IMG/VR virus record: IMGVR_UViG_3300035666_000002
DNA: 64,000 nucleotides
Strand: one strand, 5' to 3'
Source of the DNA: a virus
Positions 7,966-17,813 of this stretch are shown in pieces; within the stretch, counting starts at the first letter, position 1; each line of letters opens with the position of its first letter. Made by a program: the position numbers and the translations under genes. The notes beneath the pieces were generated by a model, which did no database searches, had not been told where the DNA came from, and was given only the letters and a program-made list of their open reading frames with translations.

Positions 7966-10670
7966 AGGTAATTTCTCTTTTTAAATGTTGAAAGACTGAT
8001 ACCTTTCTTTTGTAACTCATCTGCTTTTTGATCACCTATGCTTGCACCTGTTTCATCACCAGTTAATTCTTTGATAGGTGTTACTTTACCTTTTTTATTA
8101 ATCTTCTCACCCATATCGCGACCTAGACTTTCTCCAGCACCAGCCATCGAAAGCCCAGGCTCTATGCCTTTGTCGATTTCGTTGATTTTCTGTTTGAAGT
8201 TTTCTTTGATCTTTGTGAGGGTGATTTTGGTCTTTTTACCTGTTTCGGTGCCTCTGTCTTCACTACTTTCTTCGGTTCTTCCTTCTTCACTGGTTCCGTG
8301 ACTTTCGGGGCAACCGCAATGCTCGGTGATGGTAATTCTTCCTTCTTCTCTTCGACTTTGGTCGATGGTGTGGGTAGAATCAATATTTTGTCCTGTGCCG
8401 CTCTTATTGCTCCATCCAATGGATGTGGTTCCGTCGTATTCTTTGGGCGAAACAAATTCTTCAGAAAATTGAACATTTAAGCTCTCCTTTAATTTAACCA
8501 TGTAACCTTTTTCTGCTTTGACCACTTCACCGTTGTTTCGATGTGCATCTTTCGCAGCAGCATTCCTGAGTATATAGATTCTCGGTTTACCATTCAAAGC
8601 AATAAAAACCGATCCGTCATGTTTTACTTTTTTAATGCCAGTATACTCTTCACTAATCTTTCCTTTTCCATAATTGGAGACATTAATAGGTTCTCCTTTT
8701 CTTTCTGGATTAGGATCATGCCTACGTTTTGCGGAAACAGCAGATGCACGTTCTTTTTTACTTAATTGTGCTCTCTTTTCGTTAGACATACATTTTGGTT
8801 TAGCTTCACCAGGTTCTCTAGCACAAGGACCAATTGCTTCACCTTTACTATTGATTCTCTTCCATCCACCTTCTGGATGTTTCGGATTAAACCAATTTCT
8901 CAAATCTTCAAAAACTGGAACTTTTTTGCCTAGAGTTAATGCATCAAATGCTCTCGTATCTGAAAATTCATTTGTTTCTTCTTCTACTTCTTTCTCACCG
9001 TTACCTGTAAGCATACCAAAAGCTTGTTTCAATTCTTCTGGCGTATCAGCAGTAACACTAACAGTTATAGCTTCAAATAATTGTTCGAATTCATTATCCA
9101 AAGACTCTTTCATCTTCAATGGTTGTGAAGAAGCACTTACAGGTATACTTGCTGCCTTCTTTTCCATTTTCTGTTGTTGAACATGGGTTGGATCTTGTAC
9201 CAATTTACCGTGGACAGAATGATGAGTAACTTTTCCGTTCTTACCGTAGCGCCCATAGCCGTAATATTGGAGACCTAGTTTTCTAGCCTCATCAGCAGCA
9301 GTATCTCCGTGAGGAGCAACCATCTCTGTGCCTTTTCTGGGAACACCTAAAGTGTCTTTCTTACTCAATTCACCAGCAATCCATTCTTTTGCTTTTGGAT
9401 GTTCAGCAGGTTTTTTGACAAATTCTTGAACGCCTTTAAAAATGTCAAGCATTTCTTCTTTTTTTGCTTTTACAATTTCAGGTGATGCTGTACGCAAATC
9501 TTCTGAATTATCAAACTCACGATATTTGTCACCAAATATCTTTGCTAACTCAGGTCTTGCAGCTTGAACAGCATCCCATTTTTCTTTACGAATTTCTTCT
9601 GGAACAGTTCTACCACCTCTCTGACCACGTTCAATATTTCTCTGCTTCGATACTTCATCAGCAGTATTGACCATGACCATACCTGTTTCATATCCTAATT
9701 CTTCAAGTTCTTTCTTAATTCTAGCTATTTTCTTAGGATCATCACCTGTTCCATTGATAATAAGCCCGTTTCTACCAAGAAGAGCTAATTTTTGGCGTAA
9801 TTCAGTAATATCTTTGGCACGACCACGAACAACGTTTCTTAATTCTTTTTCCGATTCTGGCATTTTCTTATCAAGATTCTTTTTGTCCATCAAGAATTCA
9901 AGTGCTTTATCGGAGTTAATCTCGGTTAGCCCATGCCCAGCTAGTGTGTTATCAAGAACATAATCTTTACCAGAACCTGGACCACCAGCTAGAAACATTG
10001 CTTTGAAAATACCTTTGTCGTGAACACCTTCAGACAAAATGACTTGAATCATATTTTCAAAGTTTTCTTTAATACCCATACCTTTTCTAACATCCATCAT
10101 CATTTCCCTTGCAATTTTATCTGAAACATTAGATGGAACACCTTGTTTGAATTTAGCAAAATCACTTTTGCTTGCTGCTTCTCTCATTTTAGATGCTGAC
10201 ATTCCCTCAACTCCTTCAGCATCAGGATCTCTTTCGCCAGCAGAATGTACTTGAATTTTCGTGAAATTGAAAAGACCATGAGGACCTTTTACGTTATTGT
10301 AACGATTCAATAAACGTTCATATTCTGAGGTTCTATCTGATCCACCGACCATATGAAGTTCAGTCACACCTTTTTTATACAAAGATGCTGCTTGTGCTAA
10401 AAAGTTTGGTTGTTCAGAAGAAGATACGGAAAAATTGACACCAGGAAAGAAAGCTTTAACGTACTTTAGCTTTTCTTTTGCACTAAGAGGGTTCTTTTTT
10501 GAGTCGTGAGAGTGTGATAGAACGATTAGATGATCGGCATCGTTCTCTTTTGCGATTGCTTTGACTTTTTCCACAAGTTTTGCATGACCTGTGGTTGGAG
10601 GATTCATTCTTCCGAATGCAAAAACGCACTTTTTCTGTGCTTTTTCAGCTAAAAAATCTTTAAATTTCAT
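7962..10670 (-). CDS. Multidomain protein: HxGH nucleotidyltransferase + zeta-toxin-like P-loop kinase + small modules
   Basis: FGRMNPPTTGH...GSDR...MSASKMR (cytidylyltransferase-like); FLAGGPGSGK, INSD and R..RGGR.VPE (zeta/AAA_33-like); MKFKDFLAE N-terminus. Confidence 0.8.
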   Translation of the reverse strand: MKFKDFLAEKAQKKCVFAFGRMNPPTTGHAKLVEKVKAIAKENDADHLIVLSHSHDSKKNPLSAKEKLKYVKAFFPGVNFSVSSSEQPNFLAQAASLYKKGVTELHMVGGSDRTSEYERLLNRYNNVKGPHGLFNFTKIQVHSAGERDPDAEGVEGMSASKMREAASKSDFAKFKQGVPSNVSDKIAREMMMDVRKGMGIKENFENMIQVILSEGVHDKGIFKAMFLAGGPGSGKDYVLDNTLAGHGLTEINSDKALEFLMDKKNLDKKMPESEKELRNVVRGRAKDITELRQKLALLGRNGLIINGTGDDPKKIARIKKELEELGYETGMVMVNTADEVSKQRNIERGQRGGRTVPEEIRKEKWDAVQAARPELAKIFGDKYREFDNSEDLRTASPEIVKAKKEEMLDIFKGVQEFVKKPAEHPKAKEWIAGELSKKDTLGVPRKGTEMVAPHGDTAADEARKLGLQYYGYGRYGKNGKVTHHSVHGKLVQDPTHVQQQKMEKKAASIPVSASSQPLKMKESLDNEFEQLFEAITVSVTADTPEELKQAFGMLTGNGEKEVEEETNEFSDTRAFDALTLGKKVPVFEDLRNWFNPKHPEGGWKRINSKGEAIGPCAREPGEAKPKCMSNEKRAQLSKKERASAVSAKRRHDPNPERKGEPINVSNYGKGKISEEYTGIKKVKHDGSVFIALNGKPRIYILRNAAAKDAHRNNGEVVKAEKGYMVKLKESLNVQFSEEFVSPKEYDGTTSIGWSNKSGTGQNIDSTHTIDQSRREEGRITITEHCGCPESHGTSEEGRTEESSEDRGTETGKKTKITLTKIKENFKQKINEIDKGIEPGLSMAGAGESLGRDMGEKINKKGKVTPIKELTGDETGASIGDQKADELQKKGISLSTFKKRNYL
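8162..8476 (-). CDS. Overprinted Lys/Pro-rich small protein nested in an alternate frame of the 902-aa gene
   Basis: AAGGAGAG RBS 5 nt before the ATG; amphipathic MFNFLKNLF start and histone-like tail. Confidence 0.55.
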   Translation of the reverse strand: MFNFLKNLFRPKNTTEPHPLDGAIRAAQDKILILPTPSTKVEEKKEELPSPSIAVAPKVTEPVKKEEPKKVVKTEAPKQVKRPKSPSQRSKKTSNRKSTKSTKA

Positions 10671-10694
10671 TTCCTGCCTCTACAGCAAGTAGTT

Positions 10695-11141
10695 TTATTT
10701 CTTATTTATCATTTTCACAAAGTCGGAGCAAACTCCATAATATTTTTCTAAAAGATATTTCTCTTTATCCCACACTTTTTCTGGCATGACAGTTATACAT
10801 TTACCCATTGTTATTTTTCCTGGATATGCCCAAATATAACCTTTTGATGTCAATGTATAACTGTCTTTATCGTGCCAAAAGCAATGAAAATAATTCTCCA
10901 TGCAAAAATTTAGTGCATCTATATTTTTACAGTGAACCCATAGTTTATCTTTTCTCTCTTCCAACCAACTTTTAGAAACACTATATTCTGGAGTATCATG
11001 TCCCAAATAAAATCCATTCTCATAAACACGAAAATCTACTTCGACAAAATAATTTCTTAAAGCCTTATCGATATAAGAAGGTTCATTTTCTTTCGTAGAA
11101 TCAGGACCTTCAAGATTCCCGCGATGAGATATTAGAATCAT
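10695..11141 (-). CDS. Glycerophosphodiester phosphodiesterase/PLC-like TIM-barrel protein
   Basis: ISHRGN, VEVD, LGHD, WVHCKN and GVCSDF motifs. Confidence 0.75.
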   Translation of the reverse strand: MILISHRGNLEGPDSTKENEPSYIDKALRNYFVEVDFRVYENGFYLGHDTPEYSVSKSWLEERKDKLWVHCKNIDALNFCMENYFHCFWHDKDSYTLTSKGYIWAYPGKITMGKCITVMPEKVWDKEKYLLEKYYGVCSDFVKMINKK

Positions 11142-12295
11142 TTTAGTACCTTATTCAGTCTAGTGAAATGTCTACCTCCATCAAAAGTAGTATTCAACCA
11201 AATATCAATCATCTTAGTAAACATATTTTCATCAACATATTTTGATGGAATTGCGAAGTGATTGGCACAATTGTGTTTTATTGCATATTCAGCAGTAAAC
11301 TCATCAAAAGTCAAAGCGGAGATTAATCCTTCACAGTGATTTGCTGCGATATTAACACCCTGCCCAGACCTACAAAAAGAAATACCATAATCACAATCAT
11401 TATTATTGATTAATCTAGCTGATTGACTTACATAATCAAAATAATCACATGGCTTATTTACATATGTTCCAACATCAATAACTGGTAAATTTCTATTTAT
11501 CAGAAGCTTTTTAGCAATCTCTTTCATTTCATATCCAGAATGATCGCAAGCTAATGCAATAGGTTTTTCTCCAAATCTAGAGATAACTCTTTTACAGAAA
11601 AACTCAAATGTTTCTGGTGTCCCAAGAATATGCATTTTCTCTGTATTTTCAGCAGTAACATGTAGATTATCACGAATCATTAAATTGTACATTGGTGCAA
11701 TATAGAATTCATTTTTGACCAACATATTCTTTTCGATGACTTCTCGCCCATACTTCAAAAACATTTTACCGCTTTTAAAGTAGTAGAGACCCACATTAGC
11801 TTCTTGTGATATGACTTCTTTTTCGACAACCCTGGTCACTTTTCCAAATTCATCTTTTTCTGTATAACTATGATCTGGGCTATTAGCCAAGAATGTTAAG
11901 AGAAAACCATCAGACTTTTCATCGATGGTTGCAGGATCAAACACAGGTTCAAAATAAACATCTGGTGTATAAATGAAGAGAGGTAAATCGTTATCAATAT
12001 AGTTTTCAGCAAGAACACAGGTTTCAAGTGCTCCTCTAGTTACTTTGTCGACCACAAAGATTTGAATGTCGGATCCGAATTTCTTTTTTAAAATTCTATC
12101 AATACTGAAATTGTAGATATGATCCAATCTAACAATAAAAATTAGATTGCATTCTCTAGTATTGATCGATGATAATGACCAATCAATAACGTGTTTGTGT
12201 TTTGCTAAAATCAGAGGCTTGGGCATTGTATAGCCAGCATCCAAAAATCTCTGTGCTTTACCAGCAATAGGTAGTAACAAATTATACTTTTTCAT
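11138..12295 (-). CDS. Sugar-phosphate nucleotidyltransferase fused to an RpiB-family sugar-phosphate isomerase
   Basis: N-terminal PIAGKAQRF...PKPLI, EK and ANVGLYYF; C-terminal ACDHSG, FCRSGQG..IAAN, HNCAN and FDGGRH. Confidence 0.85.
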   Translation of the reverse strand: MKKYNLLLPIAGKAQRFLDAGYTMPKPLILAKHKHVIDWSLSSINTRECNLIFIVRLDHIYNFSIDRILKKKFGSDIQIFVVDKVTRGALETCVLAENYIDNDLPLFIYTPDVYFEPVFDPATIDEKSDGFLLTFLANSPDHSYTEKDEFGKVTRVVEKEVISQEANVGLYYFKSGKMFLKYGREVIEKNMLVKNEFYIAPMYNLMIRDNLHVTAENTEKMHILGTPETFEFFCKRVISRFGEKPIALACDHSGYEMKEIAKKLLINRNLPVIDVGTYVNKPCDYFDYVSQSARLINNNDCDYGISFCRSGQGVNIAANHCEGLISALTFDEFTAEYAIKHNCANHFAIPSKYVDENMFTKMIDIWLNTTFDGGRHFTRLNKVLK

Positions 12296-12968
12296 TATAT
12301 TTCCTAATCATATTCGAAGTAAAAATGCAGGCATTCTGAATCGCATCTTCTTCAGTTAAATTCATATAGTATAGAGAATACAGAACGCCGGCAGCAAACA
12401 TATCACCCGCACCCAACACATTTGCATTTTTAACTATCATATTTTGCGGTATATTGTATGTATATTTGTTTTCTCTGCTTATATAATCACAACCATATTT
12501 TGTGTGAAAGAATACTCCTCTCTTAATATTACTGACTAGAAAATCTACATTCTGACAATCTTCATCAGAAACAAAGATGTAATCTAATAATTTAATTAGA
12601 TCCTGATCCTTCATTTCTTTACCTTTACAGGTATCAGCAGTTAAAACTCCTTCTAAAAAAGGAATCATTTGTAAATTCTCAAGTTCATTAATATACATGA
12701 AATGGTGAACTCTAGAATTAAGTAGTTTGATTGGTGTGATTAAATGCTCGTTCAAACTTGCAACAGAACTTCGATTGTTTTTCGATCTTTCTATGAAAAT
12801 ATCAGCATATCCCAAAGTCATAGGTGATATTCCTATTTGCAAGCCATTATCAATCTCATTAAAGGCACGAACGGTATTCGCTATGCCTCCTAGATTCATT
12901 GTATTAAAATCGCCATCAAAGATATTATCTACAACTAATTGCCCATAAATTGCAAAATCAAACATCAA
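12282..12968 (-). CDS. PfkB/ribokinase-family carbohydrate kinase
   Basis: C-terminal NVLGAGDMFAAG signature. Confidence 0.75.
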   Translation of the reverse strand: MMFDFAIYGQLVVDNIFDGDFNTMNLGGIANTVRAFNEIDNGLQIGISPMTLGYADIFIERSKNNRSSVASLNEHLITPIKLLNSRVHHFMYINELENLQMIPFLEGVLTADTCKGKEMKDQDLIKLLDYIFVSDEDCQNVDFLVSNIKRGVFFHTKYGCDYISRENKYTYNIPQNMIVKNANVLGAGDMFAAGVLYSLYYMNLTEEDAIQNACIFTSNMIRKYNEKV

Positions 12969-13501
12969 AACTTCTCTTTTTTATCTAATTCATAAACTCG
13001 ATTCAAATGTTCTTTTAAATCGTAAGGAGGTATCATATCTTTAGTAGTAAGGTATTCATACAATTCAGATATTAAATTATTACCGCCATTGTTTTTCAAA
13101 ACGATACAAATATTCTTCAATTCATTTACCGCATCAAATGGGCAAAACTTATATCCTATTAAAGACATCAATCCATAATCGAAAATATCATCACCAACAA
13201 AAAGAATTTCGTCTGAATTCACACCATACTCCTGACATATTTCATTCAAGTAATCTGCTTTGTCGGTGTGAGTTCCATTCTGACGATTGACTATAACATC
13301 AATCTTTCTATTTTCTGCGATTGAAACATTAAAAGGATCACCAGTTAAGAATATGACATTAATTCCTTGTGCTCTAAATCTCTTAATTGCAGTCCAATCT
13401 TTATCACAAAAAGTTTTTAATCTGACAGTTCCATCTCTATCATAATACTTCTTACCATCAGTTAAAACTCCATCAACATCAAGAATTATCAGTTTTATCA
13501 T
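12965..13501 (-). CDS. KdsC/YrbI-like HAD phosphatase
   Basis: LDVDGVLTDG, TG, K and VGDDIFD HAD motifs. Confidence 0.85.
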   Translation of the reverse strand: MIKLIILDVDGVLTDGKKYYDRDGTVRLKTFCDKDWTAIKRFRAQGINVIFLTGDPFNVSIAENRKIDVIVNRQNGTHTDKADYLNEICQEYGVNSDEILFVGDDIFDYGLMSLIGYKFCPFDAVNELKNICIVLKNNGGNNLISELYEYLTTKDMIPPYDLKEHLNRVYELDKKEKF

Positions 13502-14225
13502 TTAATTTAAACTTTCTAAAAGTCACTTGTCTATCGACAAAATTAGATTTTCTGCCATAATGTTTCTCAAGAATTTCTGGATATCTTCTAAACAAATAAT
13601 CGTTCATTTCATTCATTGCAGCAGTCTTATCATAATAACTGTCTCTAAATGGTTGATGAATCATTGCAGAGTGAATGACATATGCGGGCTGTTGGAACAA
13701 ATCGTAAAAGGTTTTATCGATACCCCATGCTATTTCTAGATTCCAGTGCCCAATAAACTCCATCAAAAATTTAAACAAATCTAATCTAAAGAAGCACGAC
13801 CCCATCTCAATAAAATTTGTCTCAGAAAAATCACACGCTGGGTCATTGAATAGTGGCTCATAAATTAAACTAGAATCGTGAGGCATCGATAGTTGCCAAT
13901 ATCCGAAGTTGTATGCTTGTGCATATTTTAATCCAGTATTGAAGTCTTGATATCCAGTAATCAAATCGTCATCAACACAACCGATATACTTGAATCGTTC
14001 AATATCAATAATATCTTTGACCTTCTGCATCAACTGCCACTTATGCCCTTTAATGTGAACAATATGATCATATGATCCTGGCTCAGGTTCAAAATCGTTA
14101 TAAACAATAACGAGAGTTTCATAATCTCTCTCATTATGTACCCATCGCCAATGATCTTCATGTTTCCATCTTGAATCTTTTGGAATGTACATTCCAGCGG
14201 GGCACACTATCAAATTATTAGCCAT
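13479..14225 (-). CDS. Putative glycosyltransferase (DUF707-like)
   Basis: KGHKW, DDD, ETNFIEMG and WGID motifs. Confidence 0.55.
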   Translation of the reverse strand: MANNLIVCPAGMYIPKDSRWKHEDHWRWVHNERDYETLVIVYNDFEPEPGSYDHIVHIKGHKWQLMQKVKDIIDIERFKYIGCVDDDLITGYQDFNTGLKYAQAYNFGYWQLSMPHDSSLIYEPLFNDPACDFSETNFIEMGSCFFRLDLFKFLMEFIGHWNLEIAWGIDKTFYDLFQQPAYVIHSAMIHQPFRDSYYDKTAAMNEMNDYLFRRYPEILEKHYGRKSNFVDRQVTFRKFKLNDKTDNS

Positions 14226-14910
14226 ATTTTGCCTTCACGAAAGGGTGTTTCTTTGGGTGTTCTGGAACATTAGGTCTACATAAAGTATAAAAATCATTCA
14301 CATTACTAATATGATTTTGATTACTCATGAAACTAATATTTTCTGGACCGATTCTTGGAACTAAGAAATTTAGTATACCGTGTGTATCCGGATACATTGT
14401 GCCTCTGGGCCATCCATATGTTTCTCTCATAGCCCATTTAACCTGATCGCTAAATTTGTGATTCCAAATATAGAAACAATCACAAACAAATCTATGCGAT
14501 TGCCACCACATCGGGTCTTCCGGAAAAAATATATTAACTTTGGTGAAATCAATTGGAAAAGTAGTAATCTTTTGATGAAAGAGAATATCAAACCTGGTGA
14601 AAACCACCAAGTCTAAATCCTCTCCATCAAAAGCATTATGCAGAGCAGATTTAGCAGTAAATGCATCCGAACCTTCAAGTTGGCTAAAAATAACTTTTCT
14701 AGGATTTACATAAGACCAAAAGTCTTCTTCGGCCTTTTTATCTTCCATCCTATAGGTGGAGGCATAAATCACAGCTTCGTTTTTCAAATCAACGAAAGGT
14801 TGAATCACATTTTCTTTTATGTTTTCCCAACAATCACGAAAGTCTCTGTAGTAGCCAGTTTTTTTGTCTAGACCATGGGAGATTCCATAAAAACCAAAAC
14901 CTATTCTCAT
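14218..14910 (-). CDS. Hypothetical protein, possible GT-A-like transferase
   Basis: TRFD motif and gene context. Confidence 0.4.
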   Translation of the reverse strand: MRIGFGFYGISHGLDKKTGYYRDFRDCWENIKENVIQPFVDLKNEAVIYASTYRMEDKKAEEDFWSYVNPRKVIFSQLEGSDAFTAKSALHNAFDGEDLDLVVFTRFDILFHQKITTFPIDFTKVNIFFPEDPMWWQSHRFVCDCFYIWNHKFSDQVKWAMRETYGWPRGTMYPDTHGILNFLVPRIGPENISFMSNQNHISNVNDFYTLCRPNVPEHPKKHPFVKAKYG

Positions 14911-16112
14911 TTTTCAATACTAAATTCAGGAAAATATTTAACAAAAACGTCTTTCTTTCCAACTCTATATGTTTGAACTTTTCTTTTCATTTCACCATAA
15001 AAGTTCCATGCAAGAGGAATAAAGCATATTGTATCAAAATATTTGAAATTGTCAAGATGATTCATACCATAGATGGGCACAGAACTTCCGGGTGTAAACA
15101 ATCCTTGTTTCAAAGGATTTTCATCGATGATAAAGTCCAGAGAAGTTTCTGCTGCATTTAGTAGAGTGTTTCCTTTTGCTGGAGCACCTAAGCCAACAGT
15201 AGTAATTCCTTGTTCTTTCATTTCCTGAACAATATTCTTAAATTTCTTCAATATATCGTTACATCGTTCATAATATTGAACATATGTTTCTGGAAAATAA
15301 AGACCAGATTTAGTTTCCAATGCAATTAGATTCTCGATAGTTTTTGGTGCTTTTGAAAACTTAGAGATGATGAAAATGTAACTTGTTCCATGCACAGGAG
15401 ATTTTACAACATCAACTAAATGTAAATCTGCACGTTTACAAAGAGCATCAATAGATTTGATATTATAGAAAGACAAATGCTCATGGTAAATCGTATCGAA
15501 CTCGCCATTTAAAATCATATCAGATTGAGATGTGGTTGCAAAAAGTAAACTATCTTTATGCATTACATTACGAATATTTTGCAACAACTCTAATTGATCA
15601 TAATTATGTGCGAATGCATTTTGACAAACAATCACATCAAAACTTTGGCTAAACTCTTTACCTGTGAAGTAACCACAAACAACCTCATGTCTCTGAGAAG
15701 ATGTTGCATAAAGATTTTCAGCAGGATCCACACCATAAGTTTGTGCTCCCTGATCCTGAAAATAGTTTAACTGACTTCCATCATTACAGCCAATATCTAA
15801 AACTGTGCGAGGTTTGGTTCCAAATTTTTCAGCAGTGAATTGTGAAAACCAATCAAAATATTCCAATTGAGATTTGGCTGTACCGGAAACATACAAATAA
15901 TCCTTAAACATCAAATCAGGATTAACTCGATGCGTCAATTGGACATGGTAACAGTTATCACACCGAACAATTGCTAGAGGATAAGTTTCCTGAACTTCAT
16001 CTCGACTTTTCTTATAAGAGTTTGCAAGGGGCTGTTCTTTTAAATCCAAAACAGGAATTAAAGTGTCGTGCCCACATGCAATACAATTACTAATTGCTTC
16101 TACATTAACCAT
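14907..16112 (-). CDS. NDP-hexose C-methyltransferase
   Basis: CxxC Zn motif, QPLANSY, VLDIGCNDG, FDTIYHEH, HG and GAPAKGNT. Confidence 0.9.
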   Translation of the reverse strand: MVNVEAISNCIACGHDTLIPVLDLKEQPLANSYKKSRDEVQETYPLAIVRCDNCYHVQLTHRVNPDLMFKDYLYVSGTAKSQLEYFDWFSQFTAEKFGTKPRTVLDIGCNDGSQLNYFQDQGAQTYGVDPAENLYATSSQRHEVVCGYFTGKEFSQSFDVIVCQNAFAHNYDQLELLQNIRNVMHKDSLLFATTSQSDMILNGEFDTIYHEHLSFYNIKSIDALCKRADLHLVDVVKSPVHGTSYIFIISKFSKAPKTIENLIALETKSGLYFPETYVQYYERCNDILKKFKNIVQEMKEQGITTVGLGAPAKGNTLLNAAETSLDFIIDENPLKQGLFTPGSSVPIYGMNHLDNFKYFDTICFIPLAWNFYGEMKRKVQTYRVGKKDVFVKYFPEFSIEK

Positions 16113-17134
16113 CTGTCATTCTCCAAATACCAATCACTCACCTGTTTAATTCTTTGAGAGAAGGCAACTTTAGGTTCCCATCCGAGACTTCTCATCAATT
16201 CACCATCAAGTGCATAACGCAAATCATGCCCTGGTCTACTCGAATGAAAATCTACCATTTCATAAATCAAATCTTTTCCTTGTGCTTTAGCAACAAGTTT
16301 AGCAAGCGTTAGATTATCAACTTCTTCTTTACCAACAATATTAAACTTAGGGCATCTTGCATTACCATAATCCATTTCTGGAACTGGCTTGTTTTTGACC
16401 AAGAATAAAAGTGCATCTGCAACATCTGCGGCATGAATATAGAATCGACTGCCTGCTTGAGTTTTAGTATGATCTGAATGAATAAAGATTTTTTCACCTT
16501 TACGCACCCGATCAATACACAAAGGAATAAATTTCTCTGGTGTTTGTCTCTCACCAAATACATTCATTGTATGTGTAATCATCATTGGAAGTTTATATGT
16601 GTTTTCATATGCAACACACAATTCTTCAGCAGCAGCTTTTGATGCAGAGTATGGATTCGTAGAATTATACCTATCACGCTCTTTGTATGCAACACCAGGA
16701 GGTGCAACACCAAAGATTTCGTCGGTACTGAAATACAGGAAAGTTTCTAACTGATATGGAAGTTTTCTTGCAAACTCAAGAAGATGAGCAGTACCGATAG
16801 TGTTATCGAAAATAAATTCCATCGGATGGGTGATCGACCTATCTACATGCGAAGATGCAGCCAAATGAAGAATCACATCAATATTTCCGTGTTTATGGAG
16901 AAAGTTTTGCGTGATAGGATTAATCTCTGCTTTCAAATCATGAAAGACTACATTAACTCTCTTCTGAACTTCTCTATCATAACTCTCCAAAACTTCATGT
17001 AGACGATTTAAATTGCCAGAATAATCTAGCCGGTCAATCGTTGTAATTTTCCAATCTGTGACTCGAATCAAAAGATCAATAACATGGTGTGCAATGAAGC
17101 CTGCACCACCAGTAATCAAAACATGTTTACTCAT
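16100..17134 (-). CDS. rfbB: dTDP-glucose 4,6-dehydratase (extended SDR)
   Basis: TGGAGFI, HLAASSHVDRSI, STDE, YSASK, PEKFIP and RPGHDLRY. Confidence 0.9.
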   Translation of the reverse strand: MSKHVLITGGAGFIAHHVIDLLIRVTDWKITTIDRLDYSGNLNRLHEVLESYDREVQKRVNVVFHDLKAEINPITQNFLHKHGNIDVILHLAASSHVDRSITHPMEFIFDNTIGTAHLLEFARKLPYQLETFLYFSTDEIFGVAPPGVAYKERDRYNSTNPYSASKAAAEELCVAYENTYKLPMMITHTMNVFGERQTPEKFIPLCIDRVRKGEKIFIHSDHTKTQAGSRFYIHAADVADALLFLVKNKPVPEMDYGNARCPKFNIVGKEEVDNLTLAKLVAKAQGKDLIYEMVDFHSSRPGHDLRYALDGELMRSLGWEPKVAFSQRIKQVSDWYLENDRWLM

Positions 17135-17813
17135 TAATAATTGCTCCTGTAGGTGCTATAACACCTTCTAATCCAATAGGTTGAATTTGTACCCATTTAA
17201 ATTTATTTAAATGTTTGTAATAAGAATGCTCAACATCAATATCATATTCCAAACAATCATTAAAAATAATAGGCAGCTTAGATTGAAATGTATCAAACAA
17301 AGAAGCATCCATGTGCCAAAGTCTCAATTCGAAAATTGTATCGACACCCGCTCTCTCTTGTTTGTCTTTTGTCATCCAAGAATTTACCGTGGGAAGAAAC
17401 ACAAATGAGTCTTTAAAATCATCTTGATTTAATACAAAATTATCATTTAACTTGTATCTTCCAGACATCTTATAGTATCGTTTAGTTTCAATTTTATTTT
17501 TTGAATACCAATCGAGTGCAATGATAAAACTCAATGTTTCAGCGAGACTCCTCAAACCAACACTCGAAAAGTGTTTGATTTGAGGATTTGATCCCACATA
17601 CAAAAAATGTACACCCATAAGACCTAGTTGTCCAACATATTCTGATAAAGGCATATCATAAGAAGCATCGAACATAATAATCTTGTTGTTTGGGCAATAC
17701 TTTTGTATTGATTTTACGGTTTCTACCGTCTGTTCAAATCTTTGATGATTATTAAAAACAGATAACTGCTTAACATTTAAAGCAGAACTAACAAAAAACA
17801 CACCATCAACCAT
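17127..17813 (-). CDS. Hypothetical protein, possible glycosyltransferase
   Basis: R..QT..T..SI and K.SGRY motifs; start reassigned to MVDG (17813) to minimise overlap. Confidence 0.45.
   Translation of the reverse strand: MVDGVFFVSSALNVKQLSVFNNHQRFEQTVETVKSIQKYCPNNKIIMFDASYDMPLSEYVGQLGLMGVHFLYVGSNPQIKHFSSVGLRSLAETLSFIIALDWYSKNKIETKRYYKMSGRYKLNDNFVLNQDDFKDSFVFLPTVNSWMTKDKQERAGVDTIFELRLWHMDASLFDTFQSKLPIIFNDCLEYDIDVEHSYYKHLNKFKWVQIQPIGLEGVIAPTGAIINE

Noticed and set aside
7544-9963. Several + strand ORFs (7544-7957, 8038-8301, 8674-9180, 9667-9963)
   Set aside because: Antisense shadows of - strand genes with S/F/L-rich composition and no RBS or motifs
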